Part shown: positions 38,311 through 51,165 of the stretch, piece after piece
Position numbering within the stretch: the first letter of the stretch is position 1
Layout of the letters: each line of letters starts with the position of its first letter
Assembly (NCBI RefSeq): GCF_000143415.4
Contig: NW_003314297.1
Location: 1,031,430-1,095,429 of the forward strand
DNA from: Selaginella moellendorffii
Lineage: Eukaryota > Plantae > Lycopodiophyta
Direction of reading: 5' to 3'
Length of the DNA stretch: 64,000 nucleotides
Made by a program: the position numbers and the translations under genes
The notes under the pieces: model-generated
Databases searched by the model: none
Told to the model about the DNA's origin: nothing
The model's input: only the letters and a program-made list of their open reading frames with translations

Positions 38311-38719
38311 CCTTCCAAGGTTCATGCGTGGCCTTCGAACAGCTCGAACTGGGACAGCACACTGCACCCAAGGAAGAAGAGGGAAAAGCAAGAAACATAA
38401 ACACAAAATTTGACCAACCTGATGTGATCTAACTGAACAGCAAATTCGTTCACATGAATTTGCTTGTGCACCAGCGAAGAGGTTTGGGAAGAATTGTGAG
38501 CAATTTCGGTTAACTTTCTAGCATCTATTGCAGGACTTGACTGTTCTAAGGAGGGATCTAAAGGAGGTTGACAATTACAGCGACAACTTCTGGAATAATC
38601 CAAGGAATGGGATTCTTGTAGGGTTCTTTGAAGATGACTCAGAGAAAAACTTTCTTAACCCCCAAAGATTTTGCGTGATTGAAGAGCTAAAATTAAAAAA
38701 TTAGGGTTCTTGATGGCTA

Positions 38720-39140
38720 TGGGCGTGGAGGAGCACGTCTCCTCCTCAACCTGGGCAATGCCCTGGACGACGCCGTCCTCCGCGAGCTCCCGATCGCTGC
38801 GAGCACTGGACGATGATCCACAGGTGCGCGTGGTGCTGCTCTCGGGGAATGGCTCCAATTTCTGCTCGGGTATCGACACCAACATCCTCAGCACCAAATC
38901 CTCTTCTTCCTCTTCCTCGGCCCATGGCGATGGCGATGGCGCTCGCGGCCGCCGAGAGGGAGTCTTGGAACCACCTGATGTAGGCGCCGAATCTCTCGCC
39001 CGAGATTTGCCGCAAGCCAGTCATCGCGATGATCTATGGCGCGTGCATTGGCGCCGGGATCGATGTCATCACGGCCTGCGACGTGAGGTACTGCACTAGA
39101 GATTCACTCTTCTCCGTCAAGGAGGTGGATCTAGGACTCA
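38720..39140 (+). pseudogene. DCI1: Delta3,5-delta2,4-dienoyl-CoA isomerase (crotonase family) 5' fragment
   Basis: LDDDPQVRVVLLSGNGSNFCSGID and ICRKPVIAMIYGACIGAGIDVITACDVRYC..FSVKEVDLG; frameshifted and truncated. Confidence 0.8.
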
Positions 39141-40221
39141 TTGCCGAGAACAGCCTCCTTGCCTCCTCCAAATCTCCAGCTTGGGAATACGCTGCTAAAA
39201 TCACGTTCCATGAAATGGTATCTCGCTCTTTCATGGAATAGAACGTTGTCTTTGCACGAGAGATATTTCTATCGCCGACATACGCCGCTAGCATGGTATT
39301 CCACGTCATTGTGTCCCTTGCAAAAAAGCTCTCCACAGCATCAAAATACCTGGCCACGGCATATCCTGAAATCAAAGTTGTCCACGACACAATGTCCCAT
39401 TCTGGGCACAAATCAAACCGAGACTTGGCTCCCTCTAAGTCTCCAGCGTTAATAAATGCCGAAATCACCGCATTGTAGAAGACCACATCTTTCTCGTGCA
39501 TGGTTTGGAGCAAACGTATACATTCTACCAAATGCCCTCTTTTGCCATATGCCTGAAGCATCACCGTAAACGAGACAAGATCCCACTCGGGCATGGAATC
39601 AAAGACCCGCTTTGCTTCGGTGAGATCACCTTTCAGAGAAAACGCTTCAAGCATGGTAGTGCAGGCTAGCATGTTTCTTTCGGGCATTTTGGAGAAGAGG
39701 TCTTTAGCTCTAGCTATTAGACCCTTTTCGCAAAACGCGGCCACCATGGTTGTCCATGTAACGAGCGTCGCTTCTGGGATCCATGCAAACATACTCTCGG
39801 CGCTGGACAGATCACCCAAGTTTGCAAATCCAGATATCATGGAATTAAAGACTACAACGTTCCATCTGGGCATAAGATCAAACAACCTCTTTCCACTGCT
39901 CAAATCGCCCTTCTTTACAAACGCCTGGAGAAGTGACGCCCAGGAAACAATGTCCCTGTCCGGCATCGTATCAAACAGCTGTTTTGCCTTACGCAAATGC
40001 CCAGCATTAGCATAAGCTGCAACCAGCGTATTCCAAGTCACTCGATCTCGCAATGGCAAGACTCCAAACAGCTCCTCCGCTTGGGCAATACCTCCATTGC
40101 GGACGTAGCCCGAGAGCAGGATATTCCAAGAGTGCTGGTTGGGACACTCGAGCGTTTGAAAGGCAGAAAGGGCATCTTGGAGGCTGCCACACCTGGCATA
40201 TGCTTTGACGATTAGATTCAC
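39034..40221 (-). pseudogene. PPR protein, long open repeat tract, 3'-truncated and with 5' frameshift
   Basis: About eleven ~31-aa S-type repeats (MPDRDIVSW, MPERNMLAC, MKERDTISW); ORF starts at GTG; the likely ATG region (MDHEVITLIGR) is in another frame; the last ~35 aa are antisense DCI1. Confidence 0.75.
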
Positions 40222-40372
40222 GAGCTGGACATGGCGGTGGAGTTAACCCTCTTTTCACTTGCGAGATGGTAGAAGCACGCCCGATCAAAGTGATAACCTC
40301 ATGGTCCATGTCCAAAACATTGCACCTAAGTTCTTAGATTATACCGTGACGAACAAAAGAATTTTTGGATTT

Positions 40373-40870
40373 CACACCTGGATAGACAAAATATGTTCAA
40401 AACAAAACTTTCGGTCACTTCGAAAAAATCTACGATACCTTCGGTTCCATGCTCCTGGATTTTTTTGCAAGCTGAAGTTCTCTTGGAGAATCCATGGGCC
40501 GAGCTCGTAGAAGCAACCGATCAAGCTGGAGCAACCGGGTCCGCCGTTGAGCCACACCATAATCGGTGAGATTTCCAGCTCGGTGTCTGGCTTGCTCGCT
40601 TCGTAGTAAACGTAAAAGAGGCGAGACTCGCTCGACTCGTCAATGGGGAGATAGCCGGAGTCGGTTGGCAAAGCCTCGTCTGGGAATTCATACTCGGCAG
40701 CGTGGATTTCATTGGTTATGGAAGTCTGGACCTGAAAAACCACAGAGAAAAGTTGGCAAATGCAGGTGAGAAATTTCTATCTTATGATTTCTTCTCTCTG
40801 TTTTTTTTTTTTTTTCATGAGCTAAACCTGGTCGCAGGCCATAATACTTCGATCACAAGCAACTTCCATC
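40373..40870 (-). pseudogene. Serine carboxypeptidase-like 5' fragment (exons 1-2 only)
   Basis: Copy of 30213..30722 including WLNGGPGCSS; the rest of the gene is absent. Confidence 0.85.
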
Positions 40871-42109
40871 AACAGCCAGCTTTTGCTTGAAGGAAGAAGA
40901 AAAGAAAAAAGGAGAAGAAATTCACTAACGAAGGATAAAGCAAACCAGGAACTAAAGGAACGATCCCAATGAGAGAGGAGATTCTCAAATAAGGCAAAGA
41001 TAGAAGAAATCAGCGGCCATACGTACGATCCTGCGAGCTTTGGTTCGAACAGTGGTTCGAAAGCAAGAAGAGGGACCCCGATTCGGCGTTGGCAGCCTGA
41101 TCTCTCGAAACGGGACGTTGAATCTGGGACTGCTCGCAGCGCTGCTGCCGCTGGCGAGCTGCATTGCGACGCGATCGCCCGCGCCGGGGGCAAGCGACGT
41201 GTGCCCCGTCGATCGAAGCCCCGGAAGAACCCTAAATTCTTTATTTGAAATCGAATCTTTACTGGTTCTTTGCTTAAGTAAATGATTTCTTCCATGAAGG
41301 AAACATCCTTCATCCCTGCTGATGATAATCAAGCCACAAAGTAGTTTATAATGTTTGACCTGTGGATTTTTCCACTCTATTTCTGCATTCCATGGCTCTT
41401 TGTGTAAGAGTCCTCTCTAGGTTAAGAGATAGGGTTAGGCTCATTGGATGAGTGCAAGGTATTTGACATTCAGCCTTATCTATTTAAATTTCTATCAGCT
41501 TATAAATATGGTTTGTATTCAAACTAAAAATCACAGAATAGACACTACTTAAATGAATGCTGGAATGGCTTTTAAGTATATTATTATCTAAACATAAAAG
41601 TATGATCTTTAACAGTACTAAAACCAGGAGCTTAATAATAAAACTACAATAAAATTTTAAAGGTTTTGGGAAAACTTTTAGGCAGCAAATGAGAATGAAA
41701 CGACAGTAAAAATTGGTAAAGCTAAAAAAAATTATTAAATACCACGAATAGAGATTACTTCCTGCAAATCTAAGATTAAGGAAACTTTAGGAAGTTATAT
41801 GATAATAATATAACCCAAAAGCTCGAAATAATGGCAATAGAGAGGAGGATAGTCTGCAAATATTTATAACTTTAACAAGATTTAATATCAGAAAATAATT
41901 ATTAATTAATTAATTTTAAACGGGTAATACCTCCCATTGGATGGCTGAAGCATAGACCACTTTCTGGTCCCGTCACGGATCACTACTGCTGCATGATCAA
42001 CCTGTTTGGGTGCTGGATTGCCCAAAAGATTGTCAACAGCCTCCCAGTGAGAAGAGACGATGTAGCATTTACCACTATTCTTGCAGCGTAATATACTCCT
42101 AATGGAATG

Positions 42110-42370
42110 CCACCTAGGATCATGTCATAGAGAGCTCAAAAAAGATGCTGTTGCCTGCGCATGCTCATCGTCCCATCCTTGAACACAGCCACGAATGTCA
42201 AGAACAAACCGGTTGTGATGTTGGTGTTGGCGGAATGTACATCCCTTTGGCTCTTCCTACAATCTGGGAGTCACGCGAGGGAGAACATCATCGATGACAA
42301 ACACTGCATCAAAATGGCCATTCCGCGACCAAAACCACCGTGAAATTTGATTTCAGTTGCATGAGAAAAC
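42110..42370 (-). pseudogene. Dirigent-like protein remnant
   Basis: Duplicate of 32200..32470. Confidence 0.55.
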
Positions 42371-42652
42371 CACCGTACGAATTCTGGTGTTGTCTAATAT
42401 CTATTAGTGCAATAATATTATCACCGACTCAAGAATCGATAGTTTAGATTTCATAAAAACAGAATAAAAATTAACAAAATCAGTTTGTGATCATCCTGGC
42501 TATTGTATATCGATGATCGATGGCTCCTCCTAAACTTTTGTACCCCGATGAAAGGCCAGGAAGACCTTCCTGTGACTTACTCAAGCACATAGAAGGGACT
42601 GAAGAGAAAGCCAGATAAATGACGAGCTTTCGCTCTTCATTCTATTTGTTTT

Positions 42653-44364
42653 TCACTTGTTCTTACGTTTTGTCTCTTGAAGTGCCTGCAATCAAAGAGT
42701 AGCATCTATACAGATTGCCTTTGAAGAAACGTACCTCGTCAAGTTCCCTGTCTCTCTCAGAGGTGGAAGAATTCACCAGGATACAGAAAGGCTCGTACCT
42801 GGTCGGCGTTTTCACCTGTCAGAGAAGCGTGCCCCGGAGCAGATGGCTCCACCTCCAAATCACTCTTGACCCGCTTGGGATCATTGGCTGTCAACTTCCG
42901 GACGAGGTTCTCGTCGCTCGTGATCTCGGGGCTGTTCTCCACATCACGCTTCCTGATCGATTCAGCTTCATCAGTTCATATTGTCAGCTCAAGTGCAGAA
43001 ACTACTAACCTGTGGGAAAAAGGCCGGATGCGGGGCTCCATCATGATGAACTTCTGCATTTGTTTCTCTATCTCAGCCCGCTTCTTTGCCAGTGTTGCGA
43101 CATCTCCAGGATCGAACACGGTGCCAGAACGATCCGCCACCTTTGGTCCTTGTTCCCGTCCATGAAACTGCTCTGGAACCCGGTCGCGTCGAGATGATAG
43201 GCGCACTGGGAGCTCGTTTGCAGCCATTTTCTCGCCTGCTGGATGATGAGAGTAGCCACCAGACGAGAAGAGTGGATCATCCTCCGGAGTGGCTGAGAAC
43301 AGCCTTGGCTGCTCGTCAACTTCATACGCAGGAAAGAGGACGAGAGGATCCTCCATCATGACGTTTCCCCGGCTTCCTTGCTGGCCATGCACTGGATCAG
43401 CAGCACGAAAGAGTGGATCGTTTCCGGATGCAGACTTGTGGCGAGCACCAGCGGGAAGAGCAGACGGTGGCAGCCGCCTTGGTGGCCTCAGGAGCTCGCG
43501 AATTAGGGGGTCAGCAGCCGCCTTCTTCCTGCCGGCATTCAACTGCGATGATGGTCGAGGCTCCACTTTGGTAATGAGGTGCTCCCGCTGGCTGCTGCTG
43601 CTGCCGCTGTTGCCACCGCTAGGCTGATGGCCATCCTCCACCAGGATGTCGTCGTGGTGGATGTCGCCGTGCACCTTGTTCCTTCTCCTCTTCAAGAGTA
43701 TCCAGACTCCAGTGACGATAGCTACCAGTGCGAGCAGGAGCATAACGATGCCTGCCGCGAGCACACCAGGTGATGCCACGAATGCAGCTGCAGCTGCTGC
43801 TGCTGCTGAAGATGGTGCTGACGACGCCGTAGGCGGAGAGGTGTCCAAGCCAAGGGGCCTTGGTTGCCACGTTATGGTCGAAGGTGGTGGTGATGGCGGC
43901 CTTGGGTTCCACGTTATGGTCGAAGGTGGTGGCGATGGCGACCTTGGGTTCCACATTATGCTCGAAGGTGGTGGCGATGACGGCCCGGCCCTCCTTGGTC
44001 GCCAGGTTACAGTGTCGGCCTTGTTGGGCGGCGAAGAAGAAGGTGACGGCCCTGTAGCAGCTCCATCACCAGCTCGTCGATGTCCATGGTGCCTCTTTGG
44101 CTCTGCTGCTGGATGTTCCTTGGTGGGCGGAGAGCTCGGTGGTGGATGTCCAGCTCCATGATGCTCAGGAGAACTCGGTGGTGGCTTTGCTGGTGAGTGA
44201 TGTCCATCTGTGGGCGAATGACTGTGCCTCTTGGTTGGCGCCGGTGGAGACCTCTTTGGTGGCGGAGATGAAGTTGTCGGCGCCCTCTTTGGCGATGGTT
44301 TGGGCGTCCTCGCGTGCTCCCGGTGAGGCGGCGGGGGCGGTGGCGTGGAGATTTTGCGAGCCAT
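42653..44364 (-). CDS. Pro-rich single-pass membrane protein, copy 7; predicted intact 499 aa; exons 44364-43010, 42952-42871, 42815-42799, 42747-42735, 42685-42653
   Basis: Same splice model as copy 6; all splice sites present; ends ELDEALQETKRKNK*. Confidence 0.7.
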
Positions 44365-44980
44365 AGTCAGAGATCAAGCTTACCAGAGAAAGTCGCAGTA
44401 TTTCAGCTCAAGCTCGCTTGCTTACCAGAGGAAACTCGCGCTTGCTTACTTCCCCCTTTTTTAGGGCATTAAAGTGTCTGAAAGCTAAGTACTTATAATG
44501 TGTACGGTAAACGAATGGTATTTTCGTACAAATAGAAGAATAGTAGTCATTCTTGTACAATCTAGACCGTGCATTTAAAATTTTCTGGACCGTTCCTTTA
44601 TATACAATCTACACTGTGTAAAATCTTGGCTGTCATATTAATTAAATCGAAGCCGTCGATCTAACATGATCTCAACCGTCCCATATTCAACTGATGCGAT
44701 TCTGGGCAAAACTTTTTAACACGGCCGAGGGTCTTGTAATATGAACTTGTAAAGTTTTAGCAGGCGAATTTGTGGAACTTAGTGATCCTCATTTGAAGGG
44801 TTGGAGAGATATTATAGAAACGAGAAGAAATTCTCAAACACGGAACCAAATTAGATAAGGACTAAGCAATGCCGTCCCACGACAACTCTCTAGCATTGTG
44901 TGCTGGCTCGAGCTATAAATATGAGCCCCTCCTGCCTCACAGATCAAACCACTTCTCTCTAATAGAACAAGCAGCAAAGC

Positions 44981-45178
44981 ATGGAGAACAAGGCTTTCTT
45001 CGTGTTGTTTTTGGCACTCGCCATATTTGTCATGATGCTGGCCATGGGCGTGGACGTGGGAGGAATCGCAAAGGCTGCTGCGCAGCGCTGCCAGTCGGGG
45101 TGGTATTGGTATGACAACAGTTGCCACCGTTGCCAGAGGGGTTGGAGCTGGCGCAACAATCGCTGCTGGCGCAACTGA
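44981..45178 (+). CDS. Secreted Cys/Trp/Arg-rich peptide precursor, 65 aa (family A, copy 6)
   Basis: Protein identical to 35005..35202; synonymous differences only. Confidence 0.85.
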   Translation: MENKAFFVLFLALAIFVMMLAMGVDVGGIAKAAAQRCQSGWYWYDNSCHRCQRGWSWRNNRCWRN

Positions 45179-45487
45179 AACCTCCAGTTTCACGGGGTAA
45201 GCCCAAGCTAAGAATCAGCATCGTAATTGCCTTTGATTTCATCGTTCTGCAGTGCCAAGGGTCTGGAAACAAGAATAAAGACACTGATGACGTGTTTTCT
45301 GTATCGTGCGATGCTGCATGGCATTGCATGAGTTCCAGCAATAAAATATAAATTGTCCAAGCCTTGATATAAAATGTCTGAATCTGCCCTTGCTCCTTCC
45401 TCCAAGTCCCTCGACTTCCAGTCGATTGCTCCAATGATCGGCAAGCAATAAGACTCGATTGGAGCATCAAAACCAGGCCCAGGCACA

Positions 45488-45640
45488 CCTAGCGGTGGGA
45501 GTGGAGGTCGGGGGCATCACCAAGGCGATGGCGCATCGCTGCTTCGGAGGGATGGATTTCGCTGCGCGCAATGCAATTGGTACGGGTATGACAACAGCTG
45601 CCATCGAGGGTGGCGCTGGAATGGCAGCCGCGGCCTCCAC
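45488..45640 (+). pseudogene. Peptide paralogue family B remnant
   Basis: LAVGVEVGGITKAMAHRCFGG then frameshift. Confidence 0.55.
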
Positions 45641-46666
45641 TGAAGAATTGCCTCGAAGAAGCGAACGAATCTCGAATCATGGAAAGTGATATATATATAT
45701 AGAATAAGAGTGAACGAAGTCTATTCTGTCAATGATAAACATGGTGCGTTTTCTGCAAAGTTGTGTGTAACGTATGGACTTTTAATATATAGGAACTTTT
45801 TTCATATAATCTAGACTCAAATTTATATTTTATATAATATTAAATATATTAAATTGGAAAAGCAACAAGATGGAAATATGACGCAGTAGTGGAGACAAAT
45901 TTGTCCAAGACAAAGTCTAGCAATTACATACCCCAACCACATATAACCTCTCTCGATCGAAAATGAAATGAAACACACATTTCTGTTCTAAAGATCGTTA
46001 AGATCCAACTATTTATTTGGATTTTTGTTCTTCCCAGTGGCAGTGAAATCTAGCGCGTGGTGATGCATGAGTTCATATATTATATAAACTGTGAAAAAAC
46101 TAAAAATGTTGTCTTTACTCATCTGGATTCACAGCTTCACTTCCTGTGTTGTTCTATGTCCCAGCATTACAGAAGAGAAAAGGAATTGACAAACACGGAA
46201 CGACTTCCTCGACTAACTTTTAAAGGACAAAGAGATGCCGTCCCAAGAGGGGCCACTCAAGCATTGTATGCTGCCTCGAGCTATAAAAATACAAGCGGCC
46301 TCACAGATCAAATCACTTCTCTCGAATATACTAGAGTTTCATAGGCTTGCTTGGTGTTGTTTTCGGTTCTCGCCATGTTGCAAAGGCGCTCCCTGCCACC
46401 GATGCCCTCGAGGACGGCGCTGGTATGGCGGCTCTGTGATCGTAAGTTTCCTCTCAGGGATTGTTTTGCAAAGTTTGGCTTGTTCTTTGAAAGCGCCTTT
46501 AAATAGGAGAGAGATGAAGAAAAAGTGGCATTGAAAAATTAGAGCAGACTACCACGCCTGTAAGCCTGTACTACCACGCAGACGTACTGATTCAAGCCTC
46601 TAGAACGCGGCAGTCAGCGCTGCCCGGTCCTGCTGGTCGGGCAGTAGTCCCCCCGCCTCACCACGG

Positions 46667-48185
46667 GTGGCCGATCTAGAGCAGCGCGCATACTACGCGC
46701 AACTTCTCACAGCTTGCATCGAATTGCGTCAAGGCGCCACGCGCTCATCCTTGGGAGCAGCCACCACTAATCCAGCAGGTACCTCGCAAATCTTCTCATC
46801 CAACTCTATGGAAGGTGCTAGCGCGCGGATCGAGCATTGGCAGGTGTTTATCAGCATCCACGAGCCCAACAGATTCTCCTGGAACTTGCTGTTTGGCGCT
46901 TATGCCCAAAGTGGGTATCTTGAGGAAGCAAAAAAGAGCCATTTGATCAGATGCCACAAAGGGATGTTTCTGCATGGATGATTTTTATGACGGCCTGTGA
47001 AAACCGTGGAAACTTGGAGGAATGCCGAGCATTGTTTGATCAGGTTCCAGAATGGGATGTAGTTTTCTGGAACTCTCTAATTACAGTATATGCTTATAAC
47101 GGGCATATGGATCAAGGGTCTTTGATGGAATGCTAGAACACAACATAGTTTCTTGGGCTGTTATGGTTACTGGGTATGCAAGAAAAGGTCTTGTTAACGA
47201 CGCGCTACGTTTGTTTATGGGAATCCCCGAAACCAACGAGCTGGGATGAACTGTTCTTGTCCCCCAGCTTGAGCATAATGAAACATCCAAGGAGCTTTTC
47301 AGTAAAATGTGCCACAGCCCAGCTTGAGCATAATGAATCATCCAAGGAGCTTTTCAGTAAAATGTGCCACAGAAGAACGTTGCATCGTGGCCGACAATTT
47401 CACAACACTGGCCGAGAGAAACCAGCTCGAAGAAGCTCGCATTTTCTTCGACCAACCACGGCCACCTCGAAGAAGCCATGAAGATGTTTGCACGGATGCC
47501 ACAGCGCGATCACGTCGCTTAGACGGCAATGGTGGCGTCAATTGCTTTGCACGGGTGCCATCTTGTTCGACCAAATGCCACAGCATGATAGCGTCGCGTG
47601 AAACACGCTGGGAGCTTACATCCAGAGCAATTGCCCTCGTCCAGCGCGGGAGCTCTTCGCGGCCATGCTGGTGAGAGACACAGCGAGCTGGATTGCCGCG
47701 AGCACTCAAAGGGGGAATCTCTTGCAGGCTGGGAACATCTTCTCCATTGTGCCGCGGAACGCGATGATCCATGGCTGCGCACAGAATGGCCACGCTGAGT
47801 TTTTGACAGCATGGCGATGGAGGGCGAGACGAGAAACGAGATAAGTTTCCAGGCGATTCTCCTGACTTGCGGAAGCTCCGAGTGGCACTCAACTACTTTC
47901 GATCTATGGTGGCCGAGTACAGCATTTCTCCATGTGATTCACTTCCAGGCGATGGCAGTGCTGGGACGAGCCGGGCTGGTTGCCGAGGCCGAAGGTCTGC
48001 TGCTGGTGATGCCCTTCCAGCCGCATTTCCTCGCGTGGAAGAGCTTGATCAGCGGTTGCAAAGTTCATGGCAGCGGCAAGAACATCGATGCTGCAGCTCG
48101 TGCCGCAGAGAAACTCTTGGAGATGGAACCATGGGACTCGGCGCTCTACGTGCTCATGTCGAATTTGCAAAAGCAGGATGCTTGC
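46667..48185 (+). pseudogene. PLS-class PPR (E-type) pseudogene
   Basis: Duplicate of 36787..38310. Confidence 0.85.
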
Positions 48186-48593
48186 CTTCCAAGGTTCATG
48201 CGTGGCCTTCGAACAGCTCGAACTGGGACAGCACACTGCACCCAAGGAAGAAGAGGGAAAAGCAAGAAACATAAACACAAAATTTGACCAACCTGATGTG
48301 ATCTAACTGAACAGCAAATTCGTTCACATGAATTTGCTTGTGCACCAGCGAAGAGGTTTGGGAAGAATTGTGAGCAATTTCGGTTAACTTTCTAGCATCT
48401 ATTGCAGGACTTGACTGTTCTAAGGAGGGATCTAAAGGAGGTTGACAATTACAGCGACAACTTCTGGAATAATCCAAGGAATGGGATTCTTGTAGGGTTC
48501 TTTGAAGATGACTCAGAGAAAAACTTTCTTAACCCCCAAAGATTTTGCGTGATTGAAGAGCTAAAATTAAAAAATTAGGGTTCTTGATGGCTA

Positions 48594-49020
48594 TGGGCGT
48601 GGAGGAGCACGTCTCCTCCTCAACCTGGGCAATGCCCTGGACGACGCCGTCCTCCGCGAGCTCCCGATCGCTGCGAGCACTGGACGATGATCCACAGGTG
48701 CGCGTGGTGCTGCTCTCGGGGAATGGCTCCAATTTCTGCTCGGGTATCGACACCAACATCCTCAGCACCAAATCCTCTTCTTCCTCTTCCTCGGCCCATG
48801 GCGATGGCGATGGCGATGGCGCTCGCGGCCGCCGAGAGGGAGTCTTGGAACCACCTGATGTAGGCGCCGAATCTCTCGCCCGAGATTTGCCGCAAGCCAG
48901 TCATCGCGATGATCTATGGCGCGTGCATTGGCGCCGGGATCGATGTCATCACGGCCTGCGACGTGAGGTACTGCACTAGAGATTCACTCTTCTCCGTCAA
49001 GGAGGTGGATCTAGGACTCA
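48594..49020 (+). pseudogene. DCI1: Dienoyl-CoA isomerase 5' fragment
   Basis: Duplicate of 38720..39140. Confidence 0.8.
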
Positions 49021-50101
49021 TTGCCGAGAACAGCCTCCTTGCCTCCTCCAAATCTCCAGCTTGGGAATACGCTGCTAAAATCACGTTCCATGAAATGGTA
49101 TCTCGCTCTTTCATGGAATAGAACGTTGTCTTTGGACGAGAGATATTTCTATCGCCGACATACGCCGCTAGCATGGTATTCCACGTCATTGTGTCCCTTG
49201 CAAAAAAGCTCTCCACAGCATCAAAATACCTGGCCACGGCATATCCTGAAATCAAAGTTGTCCACGACACAATGTCCCATTCTGGGCACAAATCAAACCG
49301 AGACTTGGCTCCCTCTAAGTCTCCAGCGTTAATAAATGCCGAAATCACCGCATTGTAGAAGACCACATCTTTCTCGTGCATGGTTTGGAGCAAACGTATA
49401 CATTCTACCAAATGCCCTCTTTTGCCATATGCCTGAAGCATCACCGTAAACGAGACAAGATCCCACTCGGGCATGGAATCAAAGACCCGCTTTGCTTCGG
49501 TGAGATCACCTTTCAGAGAAAACGCTTCAAGCATGGTAGTGCAGGCTAGCATGTTTCTTTCGGGCATTTTGGAGAAGAGGTCTTTAGCTCTAGCTATTAG
49601 ACCCTTTTCGCAAAACGCGGCCACCATGGTTGTCCATGTAACGAGCGTCGCTTCTGGGATCCATGCAAACATACTCTCGGCGCTGGACAGATCACCCAAG
49701 TTTGCAAATCCAGATATCATGGAATTAAAGACTACAACGTTCCATCTGGGCATAAGATCAAACAACCTCTTTCCACTGCTCAAATCTCCCTTCTTTACAA
49801 ACGCCTGGAGAAGTGACGCCCAGGAAACAATGTCCCTGTCCGGCATCGTATCAAACAGCTGTTTTGCCTTACGCAAATGCCCAGCATTAGCATAAGCTGC
49901 AACCAGCGTATTCCAAGTCACTCGATCTCGCAATGGCAAGACTCCAAACAGCTCCTCCGCTTGGGCAATACCTCCATTGCGGACGTAGCCCGAGAGCAGG
50001 ATATTCCAAGAGTGCTGGTTGGGACACTCGAGCGTTTGAAAGGCAGAAAGGGCATCTTGGAGGCTGCCACACCTGGCATATGCTTTGACGATTAGATTCA
50101 C
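48914..50101 (-). pseudogene. PPR protein repeat tract, truncated
   Basis: Duplicate of 39034..40221 (one amino acid difference visible). Confidence 0.75.
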
Positions 50102-50252
50102 GAGCTGGACATGGCGGTGGAGTTAACCCTCTTTTCACTTGCGAGATGGTAGAAGCACGCCCAATCAAAGTGATAACCTCATGGTCCATGTCCAAAACAT
50201 TGCACCTAAGTTCTTAGATTATACCGTGACGAACAAAAGAATTTTTGGATTT

Positions 50253-50634
50253 CACACCTGGATAGACAAAATATGTTCAAAACAAAACTTTCGGTCACTT
50301 CGAAAAAATCTACGATACCTTCGGTTCCACGCTCCTGGATTTTTTTGCAAGCTGAAGTTCTCTTGGAGAATCCATGGGCCGAGCTCGTAGAAGCAACCGA
50401 TCAAGCTGGAGCAACCGGGTCTGCCGTTGAGCCACACCATAATCGGTGAGATTTCCAGCTCGGTGTCTGGCTTGCTCGCTTCGTAGTAAACGTAAAAGAG
50501 GCGAGACCGTCAATGGGGAGATAGCCGGAGTCGGTTGGCAAAGCCTCGTCTGGGAATTCATACTCGGCAGCGTGGATTTCAATCTCTGGAAGCTTGGTTA
50601 TGGAAGTCTGGACCTGAAAAACCACAGAGAAAAG
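50253..50634 (-). pseudogene. Serine carboxypeptidase-like exon 2 fragment, frameshifted, joined to dirigent remnant (50635-50810)
   Basis: WLNGRPGCSS; deletion within exon; abrupt junction at ~50634. Confidence 0.8.
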
Positions 50635-51165
50635 TGGTTGTGATGTTGGTGTTGGTGGAATCGTCATTGATGTACATCCTTTGGCTCTTCCCACAATCTA
50701 GGAGTCATGTGAGGGAGAACATCGTCGATGACAAACACTGTTTCAAAATGGCCATTCTGGGGGCCTGTGACCAAAACCACCGTGAAATTTGATTTCAGTT
50801 GCATGAGGAAAACCATTGTATGAATTTTGGTGTTGTCTAATATCTATTAGTGCAATAATATTATCACTGACTCAAGCATTGATAGTTTAGATTTCATAAA
50901 AACAAAATATGTGAGTGCTTGGAATATGGAAAGGAAATACAGAAATGTGCATATTAATTAGCCCAAAAACCCCAATTTATATACAGGAGCGAGTGGTCCA
51001 AATTAAAACCAATTCAACGGCTACCAAAATCCCACGACACTAATATTAGTATACGGCATCATAACTGTACACTTGGCCCTCACATTATCCCCTCCTCTCG
51101 GGATAATGGAAGACCATCAGGGTTCTCTTGAAGATGGGCCGGGATCCAGAGGAACGTCAGGAGGA

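Larger units (their letters stand above)
30213..50252. repeat. ~10-kb tandem segmental duplication (30213-40372 and 40373-50252), with a partial third unit to ~50909
   Basis: Near-identical ORF sets at offsets of 9880-10147; units begin at the same CACACCTG (30213, 40373, 50253). Confidence 0.9.
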
